From an uncultured delta proteobacterium (lineage in GTDB: Bacteria > Desulfobacterota > Binatia > UBA9968): 64,000 bases of DNA. Both the position numbers and the translations under genes were made by a program. Below the pieces are notes generated by a model that worked only from the letters and a program-made list of their open reading frames with translations, ran no database searches and was not told the DNA's origin. This document shows, in pieces, positions 39,553 to 48,283 of the stretch. How positions within the stretch are numbered: position 1 is the stretch's first letter; every line of letters starts with the position of its first letter. The stretch spans positions 448,001-512,000 of the forward strand of contig CAWFJP010000031.1 in the NCBI GenBank assembly GCA_963816145.1. The letters run 5' to 3'.

Positions 39553-40323
39553 ATGAGTTCAGATATCGAAGACGTCAAGCGTGAAGTGGCAGCAGCGAAT
39601 CGCGTACTTGCCAATCTTGGTTTAGCGACCGGCTTTGCCTCGGCGTTTGGCCACGCGAGCATGCGGGTTCCCGCGGAGCCGAATCATTTTTTCGTCAAAG
39701 GACGTGAATACGAGTATGATGGCCTGGCGATCATGGAGGCCGACGACATGGTCATGTGCGACACTGAGGGGTTCTTGGTCGGCGGACGTGCCGGACTGAC
39801 GCAGTGCTCGGAAGTCAAAATTCACGCGTGCATCTACAAAACCCACCCGAATGTTCAGTCGGTCGTGCATGTGCATCCGCGCTATACGGTACTCATGAGC
39901 ATCTTGACCGGCGGGCTAAGGCCGATGTGTCAGGAGGGCGCGCAGTTGGTGCAGCGGGCGCTGCCGATCTATCCCCACGTCAAAACCATTCAGAGCGATA
40001 GCGAAGGCATGGAAGTTGCCACCTTGTTGGGCGAAAGCCAAGCGATGCTGCTTTATGGCCACGGCGCGGTGACGACGGGAAAAAGTCTCTCCGAAGCCGT
40101 GATGGGCATGGCATTCTTGGAAGAACAGGCGCGGATGAACTACCTGGCCTATTGCGCCGAGGGCAAGGACTATAAAAGCTTGCCTGGCAACTTAGTTGAC
40201 GAGATGTCCAATCGCACGCCGCTTTACGAACAGCCCCACTTCAAGGACGTTCTCAAAGGCCGCGCGCCGCAACGCGACGGCACCTGGAACTATCAGAAGC
40301 TGGCGGCGACACGGAAGCCGTGA
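39553..40323 (+). CDS. class II aldolase/adducin family protein
   Basis: FGHASMR, SEVKIH..IY, VVHVHP and LLYGHG; AAGGAG RBS. Confidence 0.9.
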   Translation: MSSDIEDVKREVAAANRVLANLGLATGFASAFGHASMRVPAEPNHFFVKGREYEYDGLAIMEADDMVMCDTEGFLVGGRAGLTQCSEVKIHACIYKTHPNVQSVVHVHPRYTVLMSILTGGLRPMCQEGAQLVQRALPIYPHVKTIQSDSEGMEVATLLGESQAMLLYGHGAVTTGKSLSEAVMGMAFLEEQARMNYLAYCAEGKDYKSLPGNLVDEMSNRTPLYEQPHFKDVLKGRAPQRDGTWNYQKLAATRKP

Positions 40324-40371
40324 ACGCTTTCTAAAAAAATAAATCCTGTGGGCCGGGTCGCATTGGCTGAA

Positions 40372-41457
40372 CTACAGTCCGTAAAACGTCTTGGCATTAT
40401 CATAAAGGATCTTCCGCACAGCGGTTTGCGAGATCTCTCCTGCGTCGGCGCGTTCTTTGAGCAGGCGCGGGAATTCGTATTCCATGGATGAGTCGCGATG
40501 GGTGTAGTCGGAGCCGACCATCAGGCTGTCTTCGCCGGCGACTTTCAAGATATACGGCAGGTCTTCGTCGACTTGGCAGGTGACGTACATGCGGTTGGCT
40601 TTGAGCAAGTCGGATGACAACGTGTAGCGGGCGAACTGGCTGAAGGTGCCGGCGCCGTCGGCGGCTTTTTCCATGCGCCGTTTAAGTTCCCAGGCGATGA
40701 AGGGAATCCACGAGCAGCCGGCTTCGATGATGCCGAAGCGCAGCTTGGGATATTTCATCGGCAGTTGATGGCGGATGATGGTGTGAAATGCGTGCACCGT
40801 CGGCAACTGCGAGCGCATGAACGAGCCTAAGGAAAATTCCCGCGCTGGCACGAAGTCGGGCGTGCCGGAGCCGATGTGCACGCAAATCGGCAAGTCCAAA
40901 CGATTGGCTTCTTCGTAGAGCGGAAAGTAATACGGGTCAGCGGGCCACTTGCCGGCTTCGAGATCGCCTTTCTTCAAGATGCCGCAGGCGCCATGATCTT
41001 TGGCGAACTGCAACTCCTTGATGGTTTCGTCCATGTTCATCAGCGGCGGCAAACAGACCCAGCGCAGCCGGCCTTTGGACTCGGCGCAGCGGTCGGCGAG
41101 CCAGCGGTTATAACTGCGTCGCAGCGCCGTCGATACTTCCGGCCGCTCGGTGGCTTCCATTAAAAACAAAGTTGGATAAAGCACCTGCACTTCGGTGCCC
41201 ATGGCGTCCATGTCGCGCAATCGTTTTTGCACGTCCAACAGTTCTCGGGTCTCCACCGTCGTGCGCGTGTTGTGGTCGTCGCGCACGAAACGCATCTGGC
41301 GGTGGCCGTCGACCAGCCAATAGCGCACCGGGTTCTTCGACGGGTCGACGCGGCTGGGATTTTGGGTAATCGGTTTGAACTCCTGCTCGAAGTCGCGGAG
41401 ATATTCCCAGGTGTCTTCGGTTTCGTCGATATGCGTGTCGGCATCGATGATCGGCAT
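40372..41457 (-). CDS. amidohydrolase family protein (Amidohydro_2)
   Basis: IIDADTH, YNRW, VHIG, YPKLR..IEAG and GSDYTH motifs. Confidence 0.9.
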   Translation of the reverse strand: MPIIDADTHIDETEDTWEYLRDFEQEFKPITQNPSRVDPSKNPVRYWLVDGHRQMRFVRDDHNTRTTVETRELLDVQKRLRDMDAMGTEVQVLYPTLFLMEATERPEVSTALRRSYNRWLADRCAESKGRLRWVCLPPLMNMDETIKELQFAKDHGACGILKKGDLEAGKWPADPYYFPLYEEANRLDLPICVHIGSGTPDFVPAREFSLGSFMRSQLPTVHAFHTIIRHQLPMKYPKLRFGIIEAGCSWIPFIAWELKRRMEKAADGAGTFSQFARYTLSSDLLKANRMYVTCQVDEDLPYILKVAGEDSLMVGSDYTHRDSSMEYEFPRLLKERADAGEISQTAVRKILYDNAKTFYGL

Positions 41458-41548
41458 GGCATGACTCCTTGGCAGATTCGGTCTGGCCGATTTTAATCAC
41501 AAAACGGCAACGGTTGGCAAAGGGACATACGAGTGAGAGAGTCGGCGT

Positions 41549-41628
41549 TCACCACGAAGGCACGAAGGACACGCAGGTTTCGGAAAGGTAATGCTCTGAA
41601 CTTCGTGCACTTCGTGTCTTCGTGGTGA
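41549..41628. repeat. 9-mer (CACGAAG) inverted-repeat element
   Basis: ttcaccacgaaggcacgaaggacacg..cttcgtgcacttcgtgtcttcgtggtgaa. Confidence 0.75.
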
Positions 41629-41640
41629 AAAAGGCGACCG

Positions 41641-42714
41641 TTACTTGGTGAAAATCTTATCTTGCAAGGCGAGCCATTTGTCGCTGTTCTCCAAGACGTT
41701 TTCCGGGTGAAAGAAGTTGGCTTTGACGAACTTGCCGCCGCCGGGTTTCAGCTCCATGGTTTTGGCCGGCACTTTGGGATGGGCGGGCAGGTAATCGGCG
41801 CGCTGAAAAACGTTTTGACCTTCTTCGGAGAGCAGAAAATCGGTGAACAGCATCGCCGCGTGCGGGCGCGGGGCATTCTTCGCGACGCCTGTCGTACCGA
41901 GCGGCGAGGGCACCGGTTCGAGGGGCTGCCAGTCCACCGGGGCGCCGGCATTTTTGCTGATCTCGGCGTGATTGTTGAATATGTTAATGGCGATGTCGTA
42001 TTCGCCGGCGACGACCAGATCGACGATGCCGCGAGCGCTGGCGGTTGCCGAGGTGATGCTCTGCTTCGCCAGATTCTGCAAGTACGTGGAGCCAGCTTTT
42101 GGGCCGAGGGTCGCAAGGATATTGCCGATGAAAAGCGGCGCACCGGTGTTCGAACCCATATGCCAGGCCATGCGGCCCTTCCACTTGGGATTCAACAAAT
42201 CATCGTAGGTCTTGGGAGCTTCAACGGGTTTGATGCGGCGGGTGTTGTATGCGAGCGTCATGAAATAAAGATTGGTCGAAGTCCAAAATCCCTGGGGATC
42301 TTTCAATTCGGACGGATAGTCGCGCAAATACGGCGACGTGAAGCGCAGCAATAACCCAGTCTTCTTACCGAGCATGGTCACCTCACTGCCGCCGACCACA
42401 TCGGCTTCGTGACGCTTGGCTTCGTTTTCCGTGAACCACTTTTGCACTAGACCGCGCGAATTGGCGCGGTGAAAATCGACTTTAATAAATGGATACTTTT
42501 TCTCGAAGGCTTCTTTGAGCGGGCGCACGGCCTGGTTGACGATCAGCGGCGTGTACCAAACCAATTTGCCTTCCTTTTTGGCGCCCTCTTCGAGAATCTT
42601 TTGGCGATCGGCCCTATTGAGCAGCGCGATCTCCTCGGCCGTTAGCGCGTGGGCTAGCGTCGCACAGCGCACGGTGGCACAGAGGGTCGCGACCAAAACT
42701 GTCAAGTGTTTCAT
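41641..42714 (-). CDS. ABC extracellular solute-binding protein, close paralogue of 37642-38727
   Basis: EEIALL..ILEEGAKKEGK, ELKDPQGFW.STN.YFMTL.YNT and YLPAHP shared with the paralogue. Confidence 0.9.
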   Translation of the reverse strand: MKHLTVLVATLCATVRCATLAHALTAEEIALLNRADRQKILEEGAKKEGKLVWYTPLIVNQAVRPLKEAFEKKYPFIKVDFHRANSRGLVQKWFTENEAKRHEADVVGGSEVTMLGKKTGLLLRFTSPYLRDYPSELKDPQGFWTSTNLYFMTLAYNTRRIKPVEAPKTYDDLLNPKWKGRMAWHMGSNTGAPLFIGNILATLGPKAGSTYLQNLAKQSITSATASARGIVDLVVAGEYDIAINIFNNHAEISKNAGAPVDWQPLEPVPSPLGTTGVAKNAPRPHAAMLFTDFLLSEEGQNVFQRADYLPAHPKVPAKTMELKPGGGKFVKANFFHPENVLENSDKWLALQDKIFTK

Positions 42715-42728
42715 CCACTCCTCCATCA

Positions 42729-43757
42729 TCAATTGCCCATAATCTGTTTCATCCGTTCGATGACATCGGCGGGCTGGGCGATGACTTCTTGCGCCAAAGC
42801 GGATAGCTCGTCGCCGAAAATCGGATTGAGTTCCAGCTGGCGCCGTTTCGCCTCGGCGACGAATTCCGGATCGCTGGTTGCTTTGGCAAAGGCGCTCTGC
42901 AGCATTTTTGCCCGTTCAGGCGGCAACCCCGGCGACGACACATAAGGGCGGCCGAATTGCGCGACGGCGAGCATGATCGTTGCCAAGCGCCGCGCCGATT
43001 CCGGAGTCTTGAACTCATCCATGAGCTCGTAGATCGTCGGTGTATCGGGCAGTCGAGGATCGCGCTTCTTGCCGGTCTGGATGAGCACGCGGACGTAGCC
43101 GCTCTTGATCCAACCGATGAGCGGCTCGCGGGCGAAGCCGGTTTCCAACGAAATGCCGCGGCAATGAATCTCCTCCCGCTCCACCGCGAGGTCGACCTCG
43201 GGTCCGTCTTTGTAGCCGGTGATCGAATTAAACTTCGCGCCAATGGCCTGCTCGACGAGGGCGGTCAAATGATGACCGGTGGAAGCGGTGCCTGAGGCGC
43301 CGCACTTGGGCGGCTCGGCGGCCTTGCGCACATCGTAAATGGTTTTATAGGGCGAGTTGGCGCGAATGTAGATCATCTGATGGGGCTGCGACGGACTGCC
43401 GAGCCAAGTGAACTTGCGCCAGTCGAATTGCACTTGCTTGCGCCGCACCAGCTGATCGAAGTAGAGCCCGGCGCGAATGCCGGCTAAGGTGAGTCCATCC
43501 GGCTTGGCGACGCTGTAGACGTAGTTGGCGGCGATCATGGCGCCGGCTCCAGGCATATTCTGCACGAGAAAGTTAGGCGTGCCGACGATATGCTTGCCCA
43601 TGAAACGAGCGAGCATGCGCGACCAAGCGTCGTCGACGCTGCCGGCGCCAAAGCCGGCGATGATCTTAGCGGTCTTGCCTTCGTAGAAATTCGCCTGGGC
43701 GTGTAAGTGCGTAGAACCGAACAGAACGAGGGAAAGAGCTAGAACCTGTGACTTCAT
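42729..43757 (-). CDS. TctC/Bug family tripartite tricarboxylate transporter receptor
   Basis: FYEGKT, VQNMPGAG..AANYVY..AKPDGLT, GY..G..LA.ER.E and FGRP motifs. Confidence 0.9.
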   Translation of the reverse strand: MKSQVLALSLVLFGSTHLHAQANFYEGKTAKIIAGFGAGSVDDAWSRMLARFMGKHIVGTPNFLVQNMPGAGAMIAANYVYSVAKPDGLTLAGIRAGLYFDQLVRRKQVQFDWRKFTWLGSPSQPHQMIYIRANSPYKTIYDVRKAAEPPKCGASGTASTGHHLTALVEQAIGAKFNSITGYKDGPEVDLAVEREEIHCRGISLETGFAREPLIGWIKSGYVRVLIQTGKKRDPRLPDTPTIYELMDEFKTPESARRLATIMLAVAQFGRPYVSSPGLPPERAKMLQSAFAKATSDPEFVAEAKRRQLELNPIFGDELSALAQEVIAQPADVIERMKQIMGN

Positions 43758-43882
43758 CGCAACCCCCACAAGATCGGCGTCGACGCGCCGTAAGAGTGAC
43801 GTTCGCTATGAGCAATACTGAACTCGGCGGTTGGCTGTCAAACTCAAAGGGCGTGAAGATTCTGCCGGCGCATTCAGATTCC

Positions 43883-43964
43883 GTCATGCCGGTGAAAACC
43901 GGCATCCATCTTGGACTTCGGCTCGCTGGCAGAGAACCGGGCTTCCGACCGACGCCGGAATGAC
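43883..43964. repeat. GTCATGCCGG palindromic element (degenerate)
   Basis: gtcatgccggtgaaaaccggcatcca..gacgccggaatgac. Confidence 0.7.
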
Positions 43965-44041
43965 AAGATGATGTGGAGTCGAAAACCAGCGAATAAAACC
44001 AAGTCCTCTCGGCCTGAAGGCGCCGGGTGTTCAGTTTATCC

Positions 44042-44074
44042 AAAAAAAAGGCCGCTCGGTGTGAGCGGCCTTTT
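44042..44074 (-). terminator. intrinsic terminator (potentially bidirectional)
   Basis: A8-ggccgctc-ggtgt-gagcggcc-T4 downstream of the cupin gene. Confidence 0.8.
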
Positions 44075-44110
44075 CGAACTGCGATAAAAAAGTCTATTAA
44101 ACGGTTGCGA

Positions 44111-44602
44111 CTATCCCGCTGCCTCGGCGAAAAAAGTGCCCATTTCGATGGGCGGCTTGTTGCGGTTTTCCACCGTCCCACTGGGAAGCGGCTTGCCGTC
44201 CTTCCCTAAGCGCATCTCTTGGCCGCCTTGTTTTTGGCCTTTCACACCGGCTCCGACTCGGATGACGACGAGATTGCCTTCGCCGGTGTTGAGATAGCGA
44301 TAATAGGCGCCCCTGGGAATCATCACGCCCTGGTATTGGCCGATTTTTAACTCAGCGCCGTTCTCGTCGAACACGCTCATCTGCCCTTCCAGAACGATAA
44401 AAGAGTGGTCTTCGTCGAGATGCTGGTGGATTTCATTCTCGCCGCCTTCGGCGTTGACCTTGGTGTGAATCCACATATTAGGAGTTTCTGCGACTAATTG
44501 GGTCACCCGTCCTTGCTTCATGTAGGGAGTTTTCAAGGAAAACTTCTGTGACTTCGGCTTATCGGTTTCAAGAATTCTTGCGGCATTGGCGCTGGCTTGC
44601 AT
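44111..44602 (-). CDS. cupin domain protein
   Basis: GGENEIHQH..EDHSFIVLEG and GVMIPRGAYY..N. Confidence 0.85.
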   Translation of the reverse strand: MQASANAARILETDKPKSQKFSLKTPYMKQGRVTQLVAETPNMWIHTKVNAEGGENEIHQHLDEDHSFIVLEGQMSVFDENGAELKIGQYQGVMIPRGAYYRYLNTGEGNLVVIRVGAGVKGQKQGGQEMRLGKDGKPLPSGTVENRNKPPIEMGTFFAEAAG

Positions 44603-44694
44603 GGTGGTACTCCTTGTGTTTTGTTTCTCGGCTTTCGATCGAGATCCTTCGCTTGCGCTCAGGATGATTCAACATCGGCATGGCCGATGTTGAA

Positions 44695-45750
44695 TCAATT
44701 ATTGATTCCGTCGATTTTCAGATCGTAGAGCTTGATGACATTCTCACGCACGACTTTGCGCAGGACGTCTTTGGGCAAGTGGCCCAACTCTTCGGCGATC
44801 ACCTTGCGCGAGTGCGGCCACGGCGACGCGGCATGAGGATAGTCATTGGACCACATGAACGTGTCATGACCATAACGGGTCATCAACAAACCGCCGGTCG
44901 GATCGCTGAAAAAGGTGACATAAACTTGCTCGTTGCAGTACTCGCTGGGCAGCTTCTTCATGAACGGCAGCGGCACTTTGGTTTTGAAGCGGGTGTAGTA
45001 TTTGTCCCACTCATGCATGTAGAACGGCAGCCAGGCGCATTCGTTTTCGACGTAGACGAGTTTCAGTTTCGGATAACGCGATAGCACCCCGGTAAAGATC
45101 AAATCGAACAAAGTATTGGCCGCGTCGTTGAGCTTATCGTTAACCGCTGTCTTGTAGGTGTCGAGACCTTGGCGCTCGAAGCGGCTGTAGTTAAACCCGG
45201 TGAGGATATGCAGATTGACCGGCATGTCCAGTTCGGCGGCGGCTTCCCAGAAGGGGTCGTAGTAATCTGTCTTGAACGAGAGATGCTCCGGTGGCACCTG
45301 CCAGATCAGACAGCCGATCATGCCCGCTTTTTTGCAACGTTCGAGCTCTTTGATCGCGTTCTTAATGTTGTAGAGCGAGATCATCGGGATGCCGAACAAT
45401 CGCCCGGGATGGACTTTGCAATAATCAGCCATCCAATCGTTGGCGATGCGAAAGCAGGCCTCCTGGCACTCGGCATCTTCCATGGCAAACAAACGCAGGC
45501 CAAGGGTCGGATACAGCACTTCCGCGGAGACCCCGTCGGTCTCCATTTCGCCGATACGGGCGCGCGGGTCCGAGCCGCCCGGCTTTTCTCCCGGCGAGTT
45601 GCGTTTGGGAAATTTTGGATAGCGGTCTTTCAGCGATCCTAAATTGTTGACCCATAGATCTTCGGGTTCATTAATATGGGAGTCGGCGGAAATGATTTTT
45701 TCACCGGCCAAAACCACTTCGGGTGTGTATGCAGACGTGGTCGCGTTCAT
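44695..45750 (-). CDS. amidohydrolase family protein (Amidohydro_2)
   Basis: ISADSH..EP, VLYPT, NDW, NLH, RYPKLK..VE and WSNDYPH motifs. Confidence 0.9.
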   Translation of the reverse strand: MNATTSAYTPEVVLAGEKIISADSHINEPEDLWVNNLGSLKDRYPKFPKRNSPGEKPGGSDPRARIGEMETDGVSAEVLYPTLGLRLFAMEDAECQEACFRIANDWMADYCKVHPGRLFGIPMISLYNIKNAIKELERCKKAGMIGCLIWQVPPEHLSFKTDYYDPFWEAAAELDMPVNLHILTGFNYSRFERQGLDTYKTAVNDKLNDAANTLFDLIFTGVLSRYPKLKLVYVENECAWLPFYMHEWDKYYTRFKTKVPLPFMKKLPSEYCNEQVYVTFFSDPTGGLLMTRYGHDTFMWSNDYPHAASPWPHSRKVIAEELGHLPKDVLRKVVRENVIKLYDLKIDGINN

Positions 45751-45876
45751 CGGGTTACCCTCGCTTTCTGTCTAAAATTGATTTCGTCAAGTTTCGAGCA
45801 CCGTTGTCATTAGTGCGGCGCGACGATGGTTCGACAACTTCCTTTTACCTACGAAAACCCATCCGCTATGTCAAAC

Positions 45877-46746
45877 TCACTTTTCCGGGGGAAGCTTGGA
45901 TGCGCTCCATGGGATCGGTTTGCCACCGGCGCCGGTGACGGCGGTGCCGCTCATGCGGTCGCCCTGGACCTTGCCGGTGAACCGATAATTTGCCGCGCCG
46001 ATGGTGAGGAAGAAATCGATATCGTCGCCTTTGAGCGTGGCGTTGGCGATCTTCATCTCGCCGTCTTTGCTGGCCGCGGAGGCGTTGATCACTTGATATC
46101 TTTGATTGAATGCCAAGACGATCACTTGTGACTTGTTATCGCCTAGATTCCAATTCAAGCGCCAGTCGCCCTGGACCAACGCAGGGACGGTCCACAGATA
46201 GAGATAGGCCTTCTCGGTGCCGTTGGCGGCTTTTTTCTCCGGCACGTTTAACTCTGCATCTCGGTCGGCGGACCACTCGCTCATGTAATAGTCATGGGCG
46301 ACGATGCGCGCGCCGGGTTTTAACTCGCGCAAGAGTTTGGGCCGGAGCTTTTCCATGAACTCCGGCAGGACGTAGAGTGTTATCACGGTGGCCTTGCTGA
46401 TGTCGGCCTGGAACATGTCTTGCTCGATGAATTTGGCGCGGTCGCCGACCGCTTCGTTGCGCGCATTACGGGTGGCGAGTTCGACCAACTTGGGATCGAT
46501 GTCGACGCCGAGGCCATTGGCGTTAAATTTTTGCGCCGCGGTGATGATCATCCGACCATCGCCGGAGCCGAGATCGATAACAAAATCTTTGGCGTTGACC
46601 CCGGCCATCTTCAACATTTCATCGACGACGATCTGCGGGGTCGGCACATAGGGTAGTTTGACAAGTTCTTGGGCCTGCACCGCGGTCGATAAGGGCAACC
46701 AACATAGGGCTAACAGCAGAAGGCCAGCGCTCTTGATACGAATCAT
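45877..46746 (-). CDS. SAM-dependent methyltransferase with N-terminal signal peptide and C-terminal beta domain
   Basis: MIRIKSAGLLLLALCWLPLSTAVQA signal; PYVPTP, DLGSGDGR, TLYVLP and LKPGARIVAHD; AAGGAG RBS. Confidence 0.9.
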   Translation of the reverse strand: MIRIKSAGLLLLALCWLPLSTAVQAQELVKLPYVPTPQIVVDEMLKMAGVNAKDFVIDLGSGDGRMIITAAQKFNANGLGVDIDPKLVELATRNARNEAVGDRAKFIEQDMFQADISKATVITLYVLPEFMEKLRPKLLRELKPGARIVAHDYYMSEWSADRDAELNVPEKKAANGTEKAYLYLWTVPALVQGDWRLNWNLGDNKSQVIVLAFNQRYQVINASAASKDGEMKIANATLKGDDIDFFLTIGAANYRFTGKVQGDRMSGTAVTGAGGKPIPWSASKLPPEK

Positions 46747-47076
46747 GCAAGTCTCCTTAGGTAAATGTCTATATAATCCCAATTTGTTGCGCGATTGCAA
46801 ATGCAAATGGGCGCGTCTCACAACGGCGACCATGTTGACGCGAGCGTAGTCAAGTCTATCACTACCTGCCGGGGGCTAGTTGGCTATCGGAACGCACTCG
46901 TTGGCAATCGCAGAGCCCAAGCCCTTTGGCGTTCCGACGATTCGCCGTCTGCACAGCCGTTGCGTTTGGGATAGCGGCTTTGGCGGTTCATTAGTTTCAC
47001 TAATAGCGTCGTTCTTTGCTTGACCCACAGGCGAATTCCCCATATTTTCACTTGCACGTTACAAAGCGAGGTCGAT

Positions 47077-48111
47077 GTGAAATTTGGTTATTACATTCTT
47101 AACACCTACGTTCCGGAGTTCGACGGCGGCAGCCGGGAGATTTATTCCAAGTGGCTCGAGCAGATCGACGCGGCGGAGTCGTTGGGCTTCGATTCTTTGT
47201 GGGTTACGGAGCATCACTTTCGCCACTTCGGCGGTCAGATGCCGAGCCCGTCGGTGATCCTAGCGGCGGCGTCTCAACGCACCAAAAAAATGCTTTTGGG
47301 CGCGGCGGTTTCGATCCTGCCGATGCATAATCCGCTGCGCATCGCCGAAGAATTCGCCATGGTCGATCAGCTATCCAACGGCCGGCTGTGTTTTGGTGCC
47401 GGCCGCGGTATGCATCCGACCGAATACGCTGTGTTCGGCTACGATTGGAGCGACGCGCAGAAGCGTTTGCCCGAAGCCCTCGACATCGTCATGCGCGCAT
47501 GGAGCGGTGAAGAGTTCGAGTGGCAGAGTGAGAATTACCAATTCCGCAAGCTCAGAGTCTATCCAGAGCCGGTGCAGCGGCCGCATCCGCCGATTTACAT
47601 TACGGCCAACCGCGATCCGGAAAGTTTCAACCTGGTCGGCTCCCGCGGCCATCACTTGATGACGCTGCCGTGGATTGCCACCAACGAAGAGCAGGGTCCA
47701 CGGGTAAAAATGTATCAAGACGCGCTGCGCGCAGCGGACCACTCGGTCGCGGATAAAGACGTTTTCACAATGTATCCGGTCTATGTCGGCGAAACCGATG
47801 AGCAGGCCAAAGCCGAGGTGGTCGAGCATTGGCACCGCTGGCGCGGCTTTGCTTTGGAAGCGACAGGTACTTTGCCCGGAACGCCGGCCTTCGCAACGCG
47901 GTCGCCGCACTTGAGCTACGACGCCATGGTGCGCGACAGCCGGGGCGTTTTCGGTTGCCCGGAAAGCTGCGTGCGCATACTCAGACGCATCATCGACACC
48001 GTCGGCACGACGCATATCGGCCTGACGTTTCATTTCGGCGGTTTGAGTCAAGACAAGGTCCTCAAGTCGATGGAACGTTGCGCCAAGTTTGTGTTGCCGG
48101 GGCTGCGTTGA
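47077..48111 (+). CDS. LLM class flavin-dependent oxidoreductase
   Basis: WVTEHHF, HNPLRIAEEFA.VD.LSNGR and P.PVQRPHPPI motifs. Confidence 0.95.
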   Translation: MKFGYYILNTYVPEFDGGSREIYSKWLEQIDAAESLGFDSLWVTEHHFRHFGGQMPSPSVILAAASQRTKKMLLGAAVSILPMHNPLRIAEEFAMVDQLSNGRLCFGAGRGMHPTEYAVFGYDWSDAQKRLPEALDIVMRAWSGEEFEWQSENYQFRKLRVYPEPVQRPHPPIYITANRDPESFNLVGSRGHHLMTLPWIATNEEQGPRVKMYQDALRAADHSVADKDVFTMYPVYVGETDEQAKAEVVEHWHRWRGFALEATGTLPGTPAFATRSPHLSYDAMVRDSRGVFGCPESCVRILRRIIDTVGTTHIGLTFHFGGLSQDKVLKSMERCAKFVLPGLR

Positions 48112-48126
48112 GAAATAAGTACTATA

Positions 48127-48252
48127 ACCACAGAGATCACAGCCCCCACCTTCATCCTCCCCCGCAAGCGGGGGAGGAAAGAGGAGGGGGATTAGCCGCA
48201 AAGAACGCAAAGAGATTCGAGTCCCGTAAGGGGCGTGAAACCCGCCTTCCTG
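48127..48252. repeat. composite REP cluster
   Basis: CACAGAG 9-mers, CCCCCACCTTCATCCTCCCCC palindrome, CGCAAAG 9-mers and a GTAG-like hairpin in tandem. Confidence 0.7.
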
Positions 48253-48283
48253 CAATCGTCATTTGAACAACATAAAGGCTGCA

